A DNA stretch of 63,349 bases, filler included, from Octopus bimaculoides (Eukaryota): assembly GCF_001194135.2 (NCBI RefSeq). It is 7 parts of 5 records of this genome, joined end to end, with 100 filler letters (N's around TTAATTAATTAA, not from the genome) between each part and the next. Parts side by side here need not be neighbours in the genome. Positions count along the whole stretch, not along the records: positions 25,259 to 40,616 come from NC_068981.1; positions 40,717 to 49,598 come from NC_068995.1; 5 more parts are not named here. One strand, given 5' to 3'. Numbering within the stretch: the first letter of the stretch is position 1; the number at the start of each line of letters is the position of its first letter. The position numbers were made by a program, and so were the translations under genes. Below are positions 25,606-40,812 of the stretch, in pieces. The notes under the pieces were generated by a model. That model was not told the origin of the DNA. It saw only the letters and a program-made list of their open reading frames with translations, and did not search any database.

Positions 25606-27054
25606 TGTATATGCATATATATGTGTGTGTTTGTGTATGAGCACGCATATACATGTGTGTGTGCTTTGCATGTTCATACGTATGTAAATCAGCTTATAGA
25701 TCAAACTATACTTGAAAAGTACCCCAATTTTATATCACAAGTGCAGTCGCTGTATGATCCTTTAATGTTACAATGGATCATAATGAATTAATTTCCTTTG
25801 ACAGATGATTTTAGTGAAGCTGACCATGAATCCAGTGTATAGTGAATGATCTCCCTATAACTATAAAACTTTGCATGCACACAGAAATATCAATCAATCA
25901 ACAGCCGGACGTTTCATTATAGAACACTCTTAATTGATTGGCAGAGTCGGTATAGTATCCAATAAAACATTTTGTGGCATGTATTTACGACTTTGTATAT
26001 GATGGGCTCACATCATGCTATTATCAATACTGCCTTTCGTTATTCTTATATCTATTGCAAACTTACTTTTTCCGGGTAAAGATTTATGTAATTGAAGCTA
26101 ACCTCTAATAAATATATTCGTCTTTGTGCGTAATTAAGAATAATTAGTAAATGTTCGCCGTTCGATTAGCATCATTACAATGTTTCCAACTTGTATTCAC
26201 CAATAAAATTGTTGTTGTTGTTTTGGTGTTTTAACACTTGATCAGCATCATCAAACAGGTATATGAACCAAAACATTCCATGCACTTCTTCCTGTATATA
26301 GGTTAAAACTATCTACTCTGTCCTTTTCCAATTTCAGATGGCAGATTGTGATTTGAGAAATATTAAACTACTACTTCTAGCATTGCCTGCGACCACAAAC
26401 AGGCATGTTTTTTTTTTTTTAGATCATTCTAGATTTATGTAAATTTTGGAGACGTAGTTTTTGTTCCGTGTGATGAAAAACCAAATTCCTTCCATGTGCC
26501 TGTTGCCCGACTGTAAGATTACAAATTATCAAAGGAAAAAATAACCAAATTAAATATCGTTACTAAATATGTAGTGGGTACTATTCGTTCAATATGTTAA
26601 TGAGGTGACAAATATGCGAATGGCAATATAGCCAAGCAGGAATTATTTAATTGAGGTTCAATAGAAATGACTATTCAGGTTTGAATTGAAACATAAATTT
26701 ACTCATTAATACTATATGTGAAGCAATTGAATATAGCGATATATTATGGATCAAAAAATTATTATATCCGAAATATTCAATGATAGGGTATAACTTGTTT
26801 ACATATGAAAGCTTATTTAGTGAATATAATCATTTAACTATGCTGTATACACATATTTACCTATTCAGAATAAACATCCAACGGTGTGTAGAAGAGAAAG
26901 TATTTCAACACATTAATCCTCACTGTCATTATATCATTTGCGAATAAATTGACAAGTCTTCTGTAAATCTAATTAATGAAAAGTTAAATATAATAACAAT
27001 AAGCATTTAAGCATTATTTAGAAAAACAAATTTGGAATGTTATATATATATATA

Positions 27055-27095
<41 letters not shown>

Positions 27096-28873
27096 GTATG
27101 TATGTATGTATGTATGTATGTATGTATGTATGCATGTATATGTATATATATTAACCAGTAAAGCGTAAATCTAATAAAGATATTGATGACTTACAAATGT
27201 GATATATAATGTTGGAACATCAGAAAATGAGTGAACACGTAAATATGACGCTTTAAATTAAGATTTTAGTGTCACATGCGATGTTAGTTATTTTAAAGGT
27301 TTTTATTTAAATGAAAGTCATTCAATCTCGAAAATTGCTTATTTCTGGAATAAATTTGTTTGAATTGTATATTATGAGCTATAAATAATAATATATAATA
27401 ACATCCGTCAATCTCTCTTTCTTCTCCCACTCGTACACAAGCGGCCACAGTCACACACACACAAACACGCTAACGTTTGTCTGCGTTTGCATCATTTATA
27501 CACGTATGTGTGTATGTATCTGTGTTTGAGTGCGTGTGTGTGTGTGTGTGTGTGTGTAGTGTCAGTGATTAGGAATAATAGGGTTAACATACTTTGCAAG
27601 CAAAATCGGTTCAGTGAATATAACTTAGAATTTATTACTTACTCAAATATTCTGAAATGTTTAAATGAGAGAATTATGCATATTGCCTTTAAATGTAGCT
27701 TTCTTAGTCAGCCGTTCTCCGCACATTTTGCTTTGTGAGACAATAAACATTTAGAACATAAGAGGGATATATTATCAGCATTCTCATTAACAGCTTGAGT
27801 AAAATTCATTTTGCATTTTCTATTCTACAAATCTAATTCTAAACTTTTAAATGTTTCTTCGCTTGTTCAGTCTTCTGTATAACTTTAATATTTCTGTTTG
27901 ATGTATAAATTACGGCATTTGCCCTACACTGCAATAAATCATCATATTTATCAAGAGAATTCAATTGACAGTCAATGTTCATTGTCATGTGATAACCTAA
28001 GTAATTGCGAACGATAGAGAGAGATGAGGCACACGGTTTTGATATACTAATACTATCATAGCTGTTAAAAGGAAATAACCGCACGGTTCAACAAAATAAT
28101 GATGCGCACATGCAGACACATATGTGTATATTTGTGTGTGTGCGTGCGTGTGTGTGTGTGCGTGTGTGTATGTGTGTGTGTGTGTGTGTGTATGTGTATA
28201 TATAAATGTATGTTATATACATACATATACACACACAATACACATTCACACATCCACACACACGCAACATCATATATATATATATATATATANNNNNNNN
28301 NNNNNNNNNNNNNNNNNNNNNNNNNNNNNNNNNNNNNNNNNNNNNNNNNNNNNNNNNNNNNNNNNNNNNNNNNNNNNNNNNNNNNNNNNNNNNNNNNNNN
28401 NNNNNNNNNNNNNNNNNNNNNNNNNNNNNNNNNNNNNNNNNNNNNNNNNNNNNNNNNNNNNNNNNNNNNNNNNNNNNNNNNNNNNNNNNNNNNNNNNNNN
28501 NNNNNNNNNNNNNNNNNNNNNNNNNNNNNNNNNNNNNNNNNNNNNNNNNNNNNNNNNNNNNNNNNNNNNNNNNNNNNNNNNNNNNNNNNNNNNNNNNNNN
28601 NNNNNNNNNNNNNNNNNNNNNNNNNNNNNNNNNNNNNNNNNNNNNNNNNNNNNNNNNNNNNNNNNNNNNNNNNNNNNNNNNNNNNNNNNNNNNNNNNNNN
28701 NNNNNNNNNNNNNNNNNNNNNNNNNNNNNNNNNNNNNNNNNNNNNATGTATATATATATATATATGTGTGTGTGTATATGTGTGTGTGTATACAGTTGAG
28801 AAAAACAAAGGAGGAAGACATGTATAGACAACAAACAGGTGTATTAGTTTGATGCTCGGGAAGGTGAGAAAGT

Positions 28874-28909
28874 CTTTCTCGTTTCGAGCCTACGCTCTTC
28901 AACAGAAAG
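28874..28909 (-). ncRNA. Degenerate minimal hammerhead-like motif of PLE terminal-repeat type
   Basis: The minus strand reads CTTT CTGTTGA A GAGC GTAG GCTC GAAAC GAG AAAG: stems I and II are intact, but A6 is changed to U and the GUH site reads GAG. Confidence 0.5.
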
Positions 28910-30629
28910 GAATGCGAGGAAATAAACAGAGAGAGGATAAGAAAAAAACACTTTTGGAGTTAGCAGTCAAGTATATATATATATATATATATATTATATT
29001 TAGAGAGAGAAAAGGAGGGTGAGAAAGAGAGAGTGAGGGAGAAAGCGAAAGAGAGGAAAGGAGAAAGAGAAAGCGAAAGCAAGAGAGATTTCGGGGGGCC
29101 ATTTATGTGGATAGACTTGTTATATATAACAGATTTACCTTCATATTTGCGCACCTTCTCGAATAGCTACGCTATACTCCGCAGAATTGGTCGTTCGCAA
29201 AAACATAGATTTCTAATTTCGGATCGTGTGAGTGCAACTGAAGTACCAGTGTCTCTGGATCTCATTTGTTGACCATATATATATGTTATACATACACACA
29301 CACATATGTATGCGTGTGTGCGTGTCAGAGTGTGTGTATAAGAGAAATCATAAATGACAAGCATTACATAATTCTTTCTTTGTTCGTTTTTTGACTTATA
29401 ACTGTTTCTAATATGCATTACACGTGTGTTCATGGTTCTGTTTACTCAATCTCACTGTTACTCACTCTGTGAAGATGACTCGTTTAATCGACTGGGAATG
29501 AACTTCAACTTCATTTCGCATCTTCTCTTAAGGCCATACCGATCTCAAAACACTTTTTTAGTCCGGTGTATTTGTATTAACACAGACACTACGAAGTATT
29601 TTGCCTGCATTGATAATTCCTCTATTGATGACTCTTTATATGTATACATATATATACATATAAATACANNNNNNNNNNNNNNNNNNNNNNNNNNNNNNNN
29701 NNNNNNNNNNNNNNNNNNNNNNNNNNNNNNNNNNNNNNNNNNNNNNNNNNNNNNNNNNNNNNNNNNNNNNNNNNNNNNNNNNNNNNNNNNNNNNNNNNNN
29801 NNNNNNNNNNNNNNNNNNNNNNNNNNNNNNNNNNNNNNNNNNNNNNNNNNNNNNNNNNNNNNNNNNNNNNNNNNNNNNNNNNNNNNNNNNNNNNNNNNNN
29901 NNNNNNNNNNNNNNNNNNNNNNNNNNNNNNNNNNNNNNNNNNNNNNNNNNNNNNNNNNNNNNNNNNNNNNNNNNNNNNNNNNNNNNNNNNNNNNNNNNNN
30001 NNNNNNNNNNNNNNNNNNNNNNNNNNNNNNNNNNNNNNNNNNNNNNNNNNNNNNNNNNNNNNNNNNNNNNNNNNNNNNNNNNNNNNNNNNNNNNNATATA
30101 TATTACATATATATACTTTTATGAATACACCCAGACAACTAGTTTAATGTCAATACTGTGATGTTTTGAGACATTTTACTGTAGTGTAAAATATCGACAC
30201 AAAATCTCGACTTTCTTGTGTACATCTTTGTCTATTTGGTTATATGCTTTACGTAATTCGAACGGTTGTTTTCTTGACAAACATTATCAGATTCTCTCAG
30301 TGAAAGTACACATATGAAATTCAGATATGACTATGAATAGCCGTTACATATACACATGAAACACTCATTGATATTTTCGTTAAATTGTGCTGATATCAAT
30401 TATTTTTAAATAGGGATATAGGCCTCAGAGATGACGAAGTATGTGATTGGTTTATACCATAACGCCTCTGTTGATATGAAGTCAAAATGTACCACGGGTT
30501 AATACGATTTTGATACCGTGGAAACAGGGAATATCTAACATATTAGCGATATACGCTGGTAGTAATAGTCTTACATCCTAAAATCAAAGTGGACATTAGA
30601 TGAGGTATTATATCATATAGTATAAAGCG

Positions 30630-30830
30630 GGAAGCTGGCAGACTCATTATCATGTTTAGCGGTATTTCGTCCATCCTTATGTTCTGTGTTCAAATACTAC
30701 CGAGGTCGACTTTACCTTTCATCGTTTACCCGTCGAGGAAATAAATACCAGTTGAACCCTGGGACTGATATAACTGTCTTGCTCCCGTCCCCAGATTTTC
30801 AAGCTTGTTTGTGCTTAAAACAGAAAAGAA
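30630..30830 (+). mobile_element. SINE family D, decayed
   Basis: AGCTGGCAGACTC..TTAGCGGTATTTCGTCC..GTTCAAAT..CCGAGGTCGACTTTACCTTTCATC. Confidence 0.75.
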
Positions 30831-31549
30831 TATATGATACAGTATATTCACATTTGATAAACGTTTTATCATAAACTTCTTCTGGGCGGGCTGTCTAAAT
30901 ATGAACAACAGCATCAATTTCTTCAGTAATTGTGAGTTGGTGGATACTTGTAATTAATTGTAGTTCACTAAAATTTAGTTAAGAAAGAAATGATTTCAAT
31001 GACGGTTAAAACACCTGTCGAATGGATAATATATAGCAAAGCGTGTTTGAACATACACCTGTATAATGCAGTGTAAGATATGAGTATTATTAAACGGTAT
31101 TCCCAAACATTTGTATCTTAAATCACAAAACTACCTCTCTCCTCATTCTCTCTCTGTCTCTGTCTGTCTCTCGCTCTTTCTTGATATACACGTATGACCA
31201 TGCATCCCGGTATTTGTGTTTGCCTATGTATATATTTCTATGCATATGTAAATATATATATATATATATATATATATANNNNNNNNNNNNNNNNNNNNNN
31301 NNNNNNNNNNNNNNNNNNNNNNNNNNNNNNNNNNNNNNNNNNNNNNNNNNNNNNNNNNNNNNNNNNNNNNNNNNNNNNNNNNNNNNNNNNNNNNNNNNNN
31401 NNNNNNNNNNNNNNNNNNNNNNNNNNNNNNNNNNNNNNNNNNNNNNNNNNNNNNNNNNNNNNNNNNNNNNNNNNNNNNNNNNNNNNNNNNNNNNNNNNNN
31501 NNNNNNNNNNNNNNNNNNNNNNNNNNNNNNNNNNNNNNNNNNNNNNNNN

Positions 31550-31584
<35 letters not shown>

Positions 31585-33789
31585 GTGTGTGTATGTATGT
31601 ATGTATGTATCTATGTATGTATGTATATATGTGTGCATATACATGTTTGCATGTATATGTAAATATGTATATGTATGTGTGTGTGTGTGTGTGTGTGTTG
31701 AGTGTGGAGATCTGTAATCTGTATATTTATATGCATCTATACATAAACACACATACGCGCACCCACACACATACACACACGGACACATAATAATATAACG
31801 CTGCGTCTAATATGGTAAAAGAGAATAATAAAGAAAGACCTCTTCATTGAAATGACAAATTGTCCTTTTGAGCTTCATGAATACGATTGAAAGTATTATG
31901 TCCACCAAAATACGTTGCATTGCTACGTGAGTAATTTTCTTGCTTGCATAGAATATGAGAGAGCAACCAGTTAAAATAACGAAGTGAAGCGAATGATTCT
32001 GTCTTTGTTCAATGTGAGGGTTATCAATAATGTATATTTATATTCCGATCAAACAACATTTTTCAATTAGAACTTTTCGCATTTCTTGATTTATCGTGAG
32101 AGCATTAATCGAAAATTAACAGTTTCACTTCTGATATAAAGAAGAAACTTCGTATCAAAAGAACAAGGATGATGAAACCTGAAGCCTTGAACTGATCACA
32201 TTAACCTTTATAAAGCGCAATGAGGAGATAAAGAATATCAAAGTTTTAAACTTTTTCCGCGGTTATAATTTTTTGTACTGCAATTTAACCTGTCTGGCCT
32301 ATGTTCCAAGTACATTTGTCAAACAAACACAGGTATTATACGTTTCACGAAAGTAAAAACTAAACTGAAATAAACATGAAAAAATCAACTTGAATAGGAA
32401 AATGGTTGACTGGTTGCTGGGTATGGCATTAAGTTATGAATTTAAGTGCTCTCTCACATTGCATTTCGGATATCCATTAGTCTAAAATAAAATAGATTAG
32501 CACATACAGGACTACATACACTACACACCGAATTTATGATTGGGCCCCAGAACGGCTTCCTAACTGCTTTCTCTTCGATGTTAACTAATATGATGTAAAA
32601 TATTGATAAGAATGATAACATAACAAAAGTAACTATGATTACAAGACATAACTCAGGTAGTATATATAAGGAAGGAATGAGATTCTTAAATTCGTGTTTC
32701 TTGTTTAGTCACAGTATATCTTTAAATAGTTTTGTGTATATAAGGATCTCCTTGCAGTTTCTTTGAAATAGTAACCACTTCACGTATGTCATAATCCTTT
32801 ATAGACCTTAAACTATCCTTGCCTGTGTAGGATAAATTCCGCGAGTGATCATCATTGTTTAGTTTTGTATTTTAGGTTACATAACACAAATGAGATGCTC
32901 AGTATGATGAGGCAACCTGCAGTAACATCCCTGCACCCACAAAACTTGGTGACGAAAATCGGTAAATATTGAATTTGGTTTCGGGAACTTCAGTGCTCCA
33001 ATTAGCTTTTCGGAACTTTAATGTTGCAATTCAACATAATTCATGTCAAAATGCATATATGGACATTATTAATGAATGTATAATTATTTGATACAGGTGT
33101 GTGTTCTATACAAAATACAGGCTTGTAAATGTTTCGTGTTCCTCTTTAAAATAATATTACAATAATCAGTGTTTCTGCCTGAGTACTAAACTCATAAATT
33201 ATAGTAGATGAATATTTTAATTAATGTAAGCCATTTTACAACAGTAGTCGATTCTGTGGTGAAATCCGCATTAAAGTATTAAAATAAAGTGGTGCTCTTT
33301 ATGTTTCTCTACCCAAGAATGGTATAACTAAGCAATTCGATAAATTTCAAGAAAATATCGAGACAAATTACTTCCTAAAGAAGTTGAAGTTATAAAATAA
33401 ATGAACTCCTTTTTAGATTTTTTTTACAAATTAGAATCAAGAAATCAATTTAAAATTTATTGCTCTCATAATAATCAACGGGTAATGTTTGATATAAACT
33501 TGGTATCATGAGGATGAGAAGAAAGAAGGCATGCAGCTGAGAAGACATTAGCATGAATATGATAAGAGCAAGAAATACACTAACTCGAAGCATAAGCTGT
33601 TTAAATCACTGTCATAAAGAAGTTGGAATTTGATCCACGCTTGGAATTTTTCTTTTATAATTTATGGCAATTAGCATTAAGCAAAAAATTAAATGTGCTG
33701 TGGAGGCTAGTAATAGTATGAGAACAAGCGTTAAAGGAACCGCAATCACCTAGTTGATAAATAACTATGTGCCTATAATAGAATTCCAA

Positions 33790-33872
33790 GGACTGGAAAT
33801 ATAATGCTAGTTCTTCAGCTGTGTATATGAGTGCTTCTGTCTCTATTTTCAGGTCACTGCTCCTCATCCATC
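33790..33872 (-). mobile_element. R4/Dong LINE post-RT fragment
   Basis: WMRSSDLKIETEALIYTAEELAL matches the R4/Dong motif WLxxxDLKxETExxIxAAQEQAL. Confidence 0.7.
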
Positions 33873-33874
33873 TA

Positions 33875-34035
<161 letters not shown>

Positions 34036-34084
34036 TTGTCTATTAGGAAAGACTCTCGGATAGTTGTTAACTGCCAGTTATTCT

Positions 34085-34360
34085 TTACCTGAAATCAGGC
34101 AATAACAAATCACCAAAGGTTTCAAGTAGTGCCTTCTCCTGTGACTCAAAGAGACAATAATCTCCTTAGAATACGAGCTGTACCTAACAATGCTGTCTTC
34201 TGGATCACTTCGAGCCTGACAGCAGCTCCAATAGTCTTAATATGTTTTCCAAAGCCCTTGCAAACTGCTCCTTATGCTACAATTACTACCAGTATCACCG
34301 TTACTTTCCTCACGCCCCTTAACTTTCCTATCTCGCCCCGCAGTGTCTGATATTTCTCAA
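34085..34360 (-). mobile_element. R4/Dong LINE 3' end (restriction-like endonuclease C-terminus and 3'UTR)
   Basis: EKYQTLRGEIGKLRGVRKVTVILVVIVA*GAVCKGFGKHIKTIGAAVRLEVIQKTALLGTARILRRLLSL* matches KYxxL..PVVIGALG..QKTALLGTARILR. Confidence 0.9.
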
Positions 34361-34419
34361 TCTTTTTCTGTTTACTTCTATCTCAAAACAAACAAACAAA
34401 CAAAGACTGAGAAATACCA

Positions 34420-34428
34420 ACTATTATA

Positions 34429-34482
<54 letters not shown>

Positions 34483-34545
34483 GATGTTGCTGTTGTTGTT
34501 GTTGTTGTAGTTGTTGTTGTTGTTGTTGTTGTTGTTGATGATGTT
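34420..34545 (+). repeat. (ATT)n(GTT)n compound microsatellite
   Basis: Direct observation. Confidence 0.95.
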
Positions 34546-35619
34546 GTTAATATTTGTATTAGTGGTGGTATTTTGTTGTTATTGATTTTACTCTCCTGTT
34601 GATGATGCTCCAGTTGATATCTTTCTTATTTCTATTTTAGATAAAGTGGCAATATAAGCAATACTAATGCTATTATAACTTTAATTTGCAGAATCTAAAT
34701 ATTAATGCGTTGTTATTTTCGTTTTTCCTGCGGCGGTTGTCAAATATATTTCGTCTAAAATTCTATATTCTCTGCACTTATGAAGGAGCCATGGGTGGTC
34801 ACTCAATGAAAAGATTTACTTAATGTTTTCTAGGCGCTGATCAATCACATAGCAACGATATTTATGTTCGTAAGTTCATATATGCAAACAAATAGTCAAC
34901 TCATAAAATGTAAATTGATGGCTTACAATAGAAATATACTACTACTCCGGCACTTAATAGTTTTCTTTTATCCGAATTGTAATTACTTGTTTCAAGCAGT
35001 TTCACAGCCATTATAAGAATATTTCCTATTTGTGAAATTTAATGTAACGTTTAAAAATGTCCGAGTGAACGGCAAGTGATGACAAGAGCATTTTAAATGT
35101 AAAATTAGTTGCAATTTGTTTAACTTTATTTCTTATGCGTTGCAAAATTTTTAATATTTTATAGGGATTCTTGACTAAAATACATTATACTTGAATGATT
35201 TCTGTTCGCCCTTCTGTTCAAATGTGACAGCAATGTGTATATTATTATTGGAAAACAGGGCAAAATAATTTGGCAGAGAGGGATGGATATAATACATTCG
35301 ATTCAGATCGACAACCAAAATATTTCATTAATATTATCTTCTATTTTTCTATGATGATTTTAATTAAAAATATTTATGAATCATATTTTTTTAATATTCC
35401 CATTGTGACTTAAATTACATATGTTTTCACAAGTTAATATTAAATTACAATATAATTAGCTGATACTGAGAGGACATACAGAGGAATTATAGATATAGGA
35501 CCAGATACATAACTGTTCCCAAGTCATTTGACACCAGAGGCTAGGAAAAGATAATCAGTTTACCAAGAAAACAAATAGTGAGCTTGCATAATGTCGGGGG
35601 TTAACTTACCTATGATTGT

Positions 35620-36560
35620 TAACCAAAAAGCATGTGTCAGATTTAAACGGTCATTATGTGGGAAAAGGTGATAGTGGGTGGGGCCCAAGTCAGGATAGTA
35701 AGGTGGATGGCCTGCCAATTTGAAGACATAGGCGCGTATTTTCCGTAGAGATTATTGTACTGTGTATGTTGGTGCATTGTCCTATATTAAGAGAACATCA
35801 CGGTTCAGCTTTCCACGGGTTTTCTGCTTTGAAGCTCCACGCAGTTCATCCAACAGAGGCATGTTGTATTCTGCATTGATGGCGTGACTCTTTCGTACGC
35901 ATTTTATGAATTTTATGAATATTACTCGTTCATTATCACACAAAAACCCATAATCTTTCCGACTGACTGTTGGGTCCAAAACTTCTTGAGACGTGGTGCA
36001 CAGCCGTGGTGTCACTCCATTGGTTGCTGCTTGGCGTGAGAATCATAATGATGAAGTCACGTTTCTTCCATGGTGACCAAACGAGCCATAATTCAACCCT
36101 GCCACTGAAAACCGGTCGAAAATAACATTGTATAGCATCACTCTGATGTGCTTCTGCACTGCGTCCAGGCATTTCGACACCCGTTTTGCGAATTCCAGAA
36201 TGCTGTGGATGATGTGCCCAACACTTTGGAGAGGAATCCTCAGAGTATCAGCTATGATCTGAGCTGAAATGCGGTGGTCCTAGAGTATCATGACGTGCAC
36301 AGCGTCGGCTTTGAACTCTGTGGTTGCGTAAGTTTTCCGTTCTGACTGTAATTCATCAGTGACTACGAAGTGACCAATACGAAACCTTGAAATCCAGATC
36401 TTTACTGATGAGTGAGATGGGAACCCATCCTCCAATACTTCTTTATGTCACCATGGATTTTCGCCTCTCCTTTGGTTTGCAAAAATGAGGAACTTGAAAT
36501 CCTCCCATGCTTCAATTTTATCAAAATCCACTATAGGAGCTGCCATCATACGCTAAATCT
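35620..36560 (-). mobile_element. Decayed mariner (DD34D) transposase
   Basis: DKIEA..FKFL; RLVTMEET*LHHYD..KQQPME*; KKFWTQQSVGKIM; INAEY..LLDELR..RGKL..VLLI*DNAP; HPPYYPDLGPTHYHLFP. These are degenerate DETW, DNA and HPPYSPDLAPSD motifs. Confidence 0.9.
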
Positions 36561-37415
36561 AGACAAAAGAGGAAAGTATATTACATAACATCATCATTTA
36601 AATTAGTTGTCCTGCCTCTCCTGTGAAAATTGGTAGCAATGTCAGTTCGTATAGAATAGGCATGTTGAAGTGGTGACAAGCATTACTTTATGTTGCCTCA
36701 TCCGTTCAAACCGCTCGGTTTCGGTTCATTCCGGGATCGTTTCACCAGTAGTATTTAAGTTTCCGTCATATATATANNNNNNNNNNNNNNNNNNNNNNNN
36801 NNNNNNNNNNNNNNNNNNNNNNNNNNNNNNNNNNNNNNNNNNNNNNNNNNNNNNNNNNNNNNNNNNNNNNNNNNNNNNNNNNNNNNNNNNNNNNNNNNNN
36901 NNNNNNNNNNNNNNNNNNNNNNNNNNNNNNNNNNNNNNNNNNNNNNNNNNNNNNNNNNNNNNNNNNNNNNNNNNNNNNNNNNNNNNNNNNNNNNNNNNNN
37001 NNNNNNNNNNNNNNNNNNNNNNNNNNNNNNNNNNNNNNNNNNNNNNNNNNNNNNNNNNNNNNNNNNNNNNNNNNNNNNNNNNNNNNNNNNNNNNNNNNNN
37101 NNNNNNNNNNNNNNNNNNNNNNNNNNNNNNNNNNNNNNNNNNNNNNNNNNNNNNNNNNNNNNNNNNNNNNNNNNNNNNNNNNNNNNNNNNNNNNNNNNNN
37201 NNNNNNNNNNNNNNNNNNNNNATATGTATACATATCAGAAGAATATTAATAAATAGAGCAAGAGTCATCTAATCAATAAGTTCCTTTAATTCCTACATAT
37301 GGTTAAAAATATATGTGCATTCTACTCCAATGAAGTAAGAAGTACTTCACATAAATTCATAAATTCATGTATATACATATGCATATGGATGTATATATGC
37401 ATACACTCTCATTAC

Positions 37416-37626
37416 TCTTTTACTTGTTTCAGTCATTTGACTGCGGCCATGCTGGATCACCACCTTTAGTCGAGCAAATCGACCCCAGGATTTATTCTTT
37501 GTAAACCTACTACTTATTCTATCGGTCCCTTTTTGCCGAACCGCTATTTTACGGAGACGTAAACACACCAGCAGCGGTTGTCAATCGTTGGTGGTAGGAC
37601 AAACACAGACACACAAACACACATAC

Positions 37627-37663
<37 letters not shown>

Positions 37664-37772
37664 CATATATACCACGGGCTTCTTTCAATTTCCGTCTACC
37701 AAATATCCACTTACAAGGCTTTGGTCGCCCCTAAGCCATGGTAGAATACCTACCACAAGTCCAATCCTGCGC
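37416..37772 (-). mobile_element. SINE family B with internal (TA) expansion and 5' deletion
   Basis: Well-preserved tail CTTGTTTCAGTCATTTGACTGCGGCCATGCTGG and GGCTTCTTTCAATTTCCGTCTACCAAAT. Confidence 0.9.
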
Positions 37773-39338
37773 CTATATGTATATATATATTATTTATATT
37801 ATTATTATATGATCGAACGCCACGCATCTATTTCCAAGTAAGTTATATATATACATATGTGTGTGTGTGTTTGTGTGTGTGTGTGAATGTATTATGTATG
37901 TATGTATGCATACATACGTGCATGTAAATAGAAAGAGAGAGAAAGGGAGAGAGGGGCTGAGGAAGACAGAGGTATCCTGACTCGTCCAGATTCCTCATAG
38001 CATTCACATAACATTACAAATGGAGGACAATATCAACCAATGTTACTTCAACTGAGGTGTGAAAGCGAGTATGCGTCAGAAAGCTTGCAGTTAAGATTCT
38101 ATGTCACAATGTTTAAATAGTTCACGTTACTGTGTGGCTGCAGTTGACCATGCTTAATGTTATATTTGTGGTAACGTTTATTTAGGTGCTTATGCAATTA
38201 TATAACATTTACAAATGTACAGATATTATCTTTGTATGAGAATATGTCTGAAAGTGTGAATATGCATATGAGATTACATAATTTTTGTTTAAACTAAACA
38301 TGTATATTTTTCAAATATTCATAAATAGATACATCGATTTCTAAGTACTGCATTACTGCTCCATGCTTATATAACTCAACATTATATAGTGTGAAATATT
38401 TTCCATCATTTAATGTTTATTTATGTATGAAACATTCTTCGTAATTGGACAAAGCTTTAAAGAATATTTTGTATAACGCATTAGTACAACCAGCTTTCTC
38501 GACATGGCCAGCAAATGACGAAACGTGTTTTAGATGTTTATTCTATGCGAGACTGTTTTAAGCTAGATACATTTATATCTGCGTCAAAAAAAATATTGAT
38601 TAATTTTATTCAACTACACTCGCAGACCAATAACTTCAAAGATGTATTCTATTCCTGGTTCCATTGTTTTTACGATATTATAGAGTCTAGACAATTATTG
38701 GTTTTGTTTCCTTGTTGTCATCCTTAGGGACGGAGATGAAAAAAATGAGTTGTCCTAAATCACTACGAAATTTTATTACGCTTTGCAAAATATATCTGAT
38801 TCATGTTACACATACTGATCGCTAATTTTCAAATTATTAAATTTCTCATATATGAGTGACAAATATGAAAATTAACAAATTTCACTGATTAAATTTAAAC
38901 ATTTTGTTGTTGTTTTGATCGAAAAATTCAGCCGTGATCGAGATGTATAACCAAAGACCTTCCCGCCGTGACCATATCACTTTTGTATATTTTTATTGTA
39001 CTGGCCAGAATTTTCTTTCCAATGTAGAAGCAACAGGCTATCATTTAAAAGATTGTTGCTGGTTGTTCGCTTACATTTTAGTGTATATCATGTACAGGTA
39101 TTTGCATCACATTATATGTATATTTCAATATCATTTAGATTCCTTCATATTTTCATGAGATAACGTTCCCATGTTTATTTTATTACTGATCATTTTAATG
39201 AAATAGACAATGAATTATTCATATATTTAAAATGGGTATTTGAAGGCAAACGTGAATATTTTATGCCACAACCAGAACAAGGCTTGTAATATAATTTGAA
39301 TTTTTATCAATAGTTTATACACGTACATAGACATACAC

Positions 39339-39395
<57 letters not shown>

Positions 39396-39474
39396 NNNNN
39401 NNNNNNNNNNNNNNNNNNNNNNNNNNNNNNNNNNNNNNNNNNNNNNNNNNNNNNNNNNNNNNNNNNNNNNNNNN

Positions 39475-39534
<60 letters not shown>

Positions 39535-40763
39535 GTGTGTGTGTATAGATATGCATTACAAACATATATGTATATAGATATAGATAGATAGATAGATATA
39601 TAGATAGACAGACATGCATTATATACCTATATAGATGGGTATACACACACGCGCGCGCGCGCGCAATAGTAATTTTACGCTAAATATGTCGGTGACAAAT
39701 GTCAAAAGACAGGTTTTAAATATTTTCAAATTCTGTGAGAAAGTTGCTCTTAACTCCTGTGTCATTTTGAATTCACAATATTTGACATTGCCATTATGAA
39801 CTTTTGACATACTAGAATTATATTGGTAAATAAATTAGCAATTCATGAACAAATTTACTGCGATTATTAAAATGTTATGAAATTTATGAATATAATTAGA
39901 TGATTACACGGTGAAATGCAACACAAAATTTAGTAAGCTGTAGAAAGGAGATAATATTTGCTTCAATCAGCAATTGTAATTATATTCTAAAATTTTCACA
40001 GATAGAAAATTCATATTGAAACTGTATGTTCCCATTTAATTTCCCATACTAGACAACACAAAGAATAATATTATCGGCAGATGCGTAGGTATATAAAATG
40101 ATATTATTTTACTGTATTACTTGGATAAATGTCCTAGGACCATGACATTCAGTGAATCTCCAACACCGGTTAATGTGATTTACTTCATGTTACTGTTCCG
40201 AAGATGAAAATCGATTGCCTCAGGAATGGATGAACAGGAACATAATTCCATATAGCTGAGGTGATTAGATCGGGGCCAGAGTTTGACCCAAAAAGTGTGA
40301 TGACATTTCAAGAGACTGGTGAGAGTTAAGTATCTGAATGAGATCAACTTATTGCAAAGAGCAAACACTAATGAATTAAGGGCAGAAACATAGGATGATT
40401 CATACGGAAGTGGGAAGTAAAATTTTATCGGTAAGCAATTGATGATCTGCTTGTAGCTGCGTGATGATTGCGGTATGATACTCTTTGGTGCCAAGCAAGA
40501 AATACAATTCCTTACTAGACTTATATGTATACACAAAAGAAATCACACTGCTACATATTCATATGTGTGCGCGCACACACACACACATACACATATATAC
40601 ATACACAAACAAATATNNNNNNNNNNNNNNNNNNNNNNNNNNNNNNNNNNNNNNNNNNNNTTAATTAATTAANNNNNNNNNNNNNNNNNNNNNNNNNNNN
40701 NNNNNNNNNNNNNNNNTATATATATACATATATATATGTATATATGTATACATATATATATAC

Positions 40764-40812
<49 letters not shown>

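Noticed and set aside
36714-36755. Minus-strand CTGGTGA...CC GAAAC CGAGC hammerhead-like string
   Set aside because: The core is mutated, there is no stem II adjacent to the core, no GUH site and no stem I.
40180-40536. 118-aa minus ORF; faint + strand LPQEW..IIP resemblance to a LINE RT start
   Set aside because: No continuous motif support on either strand.
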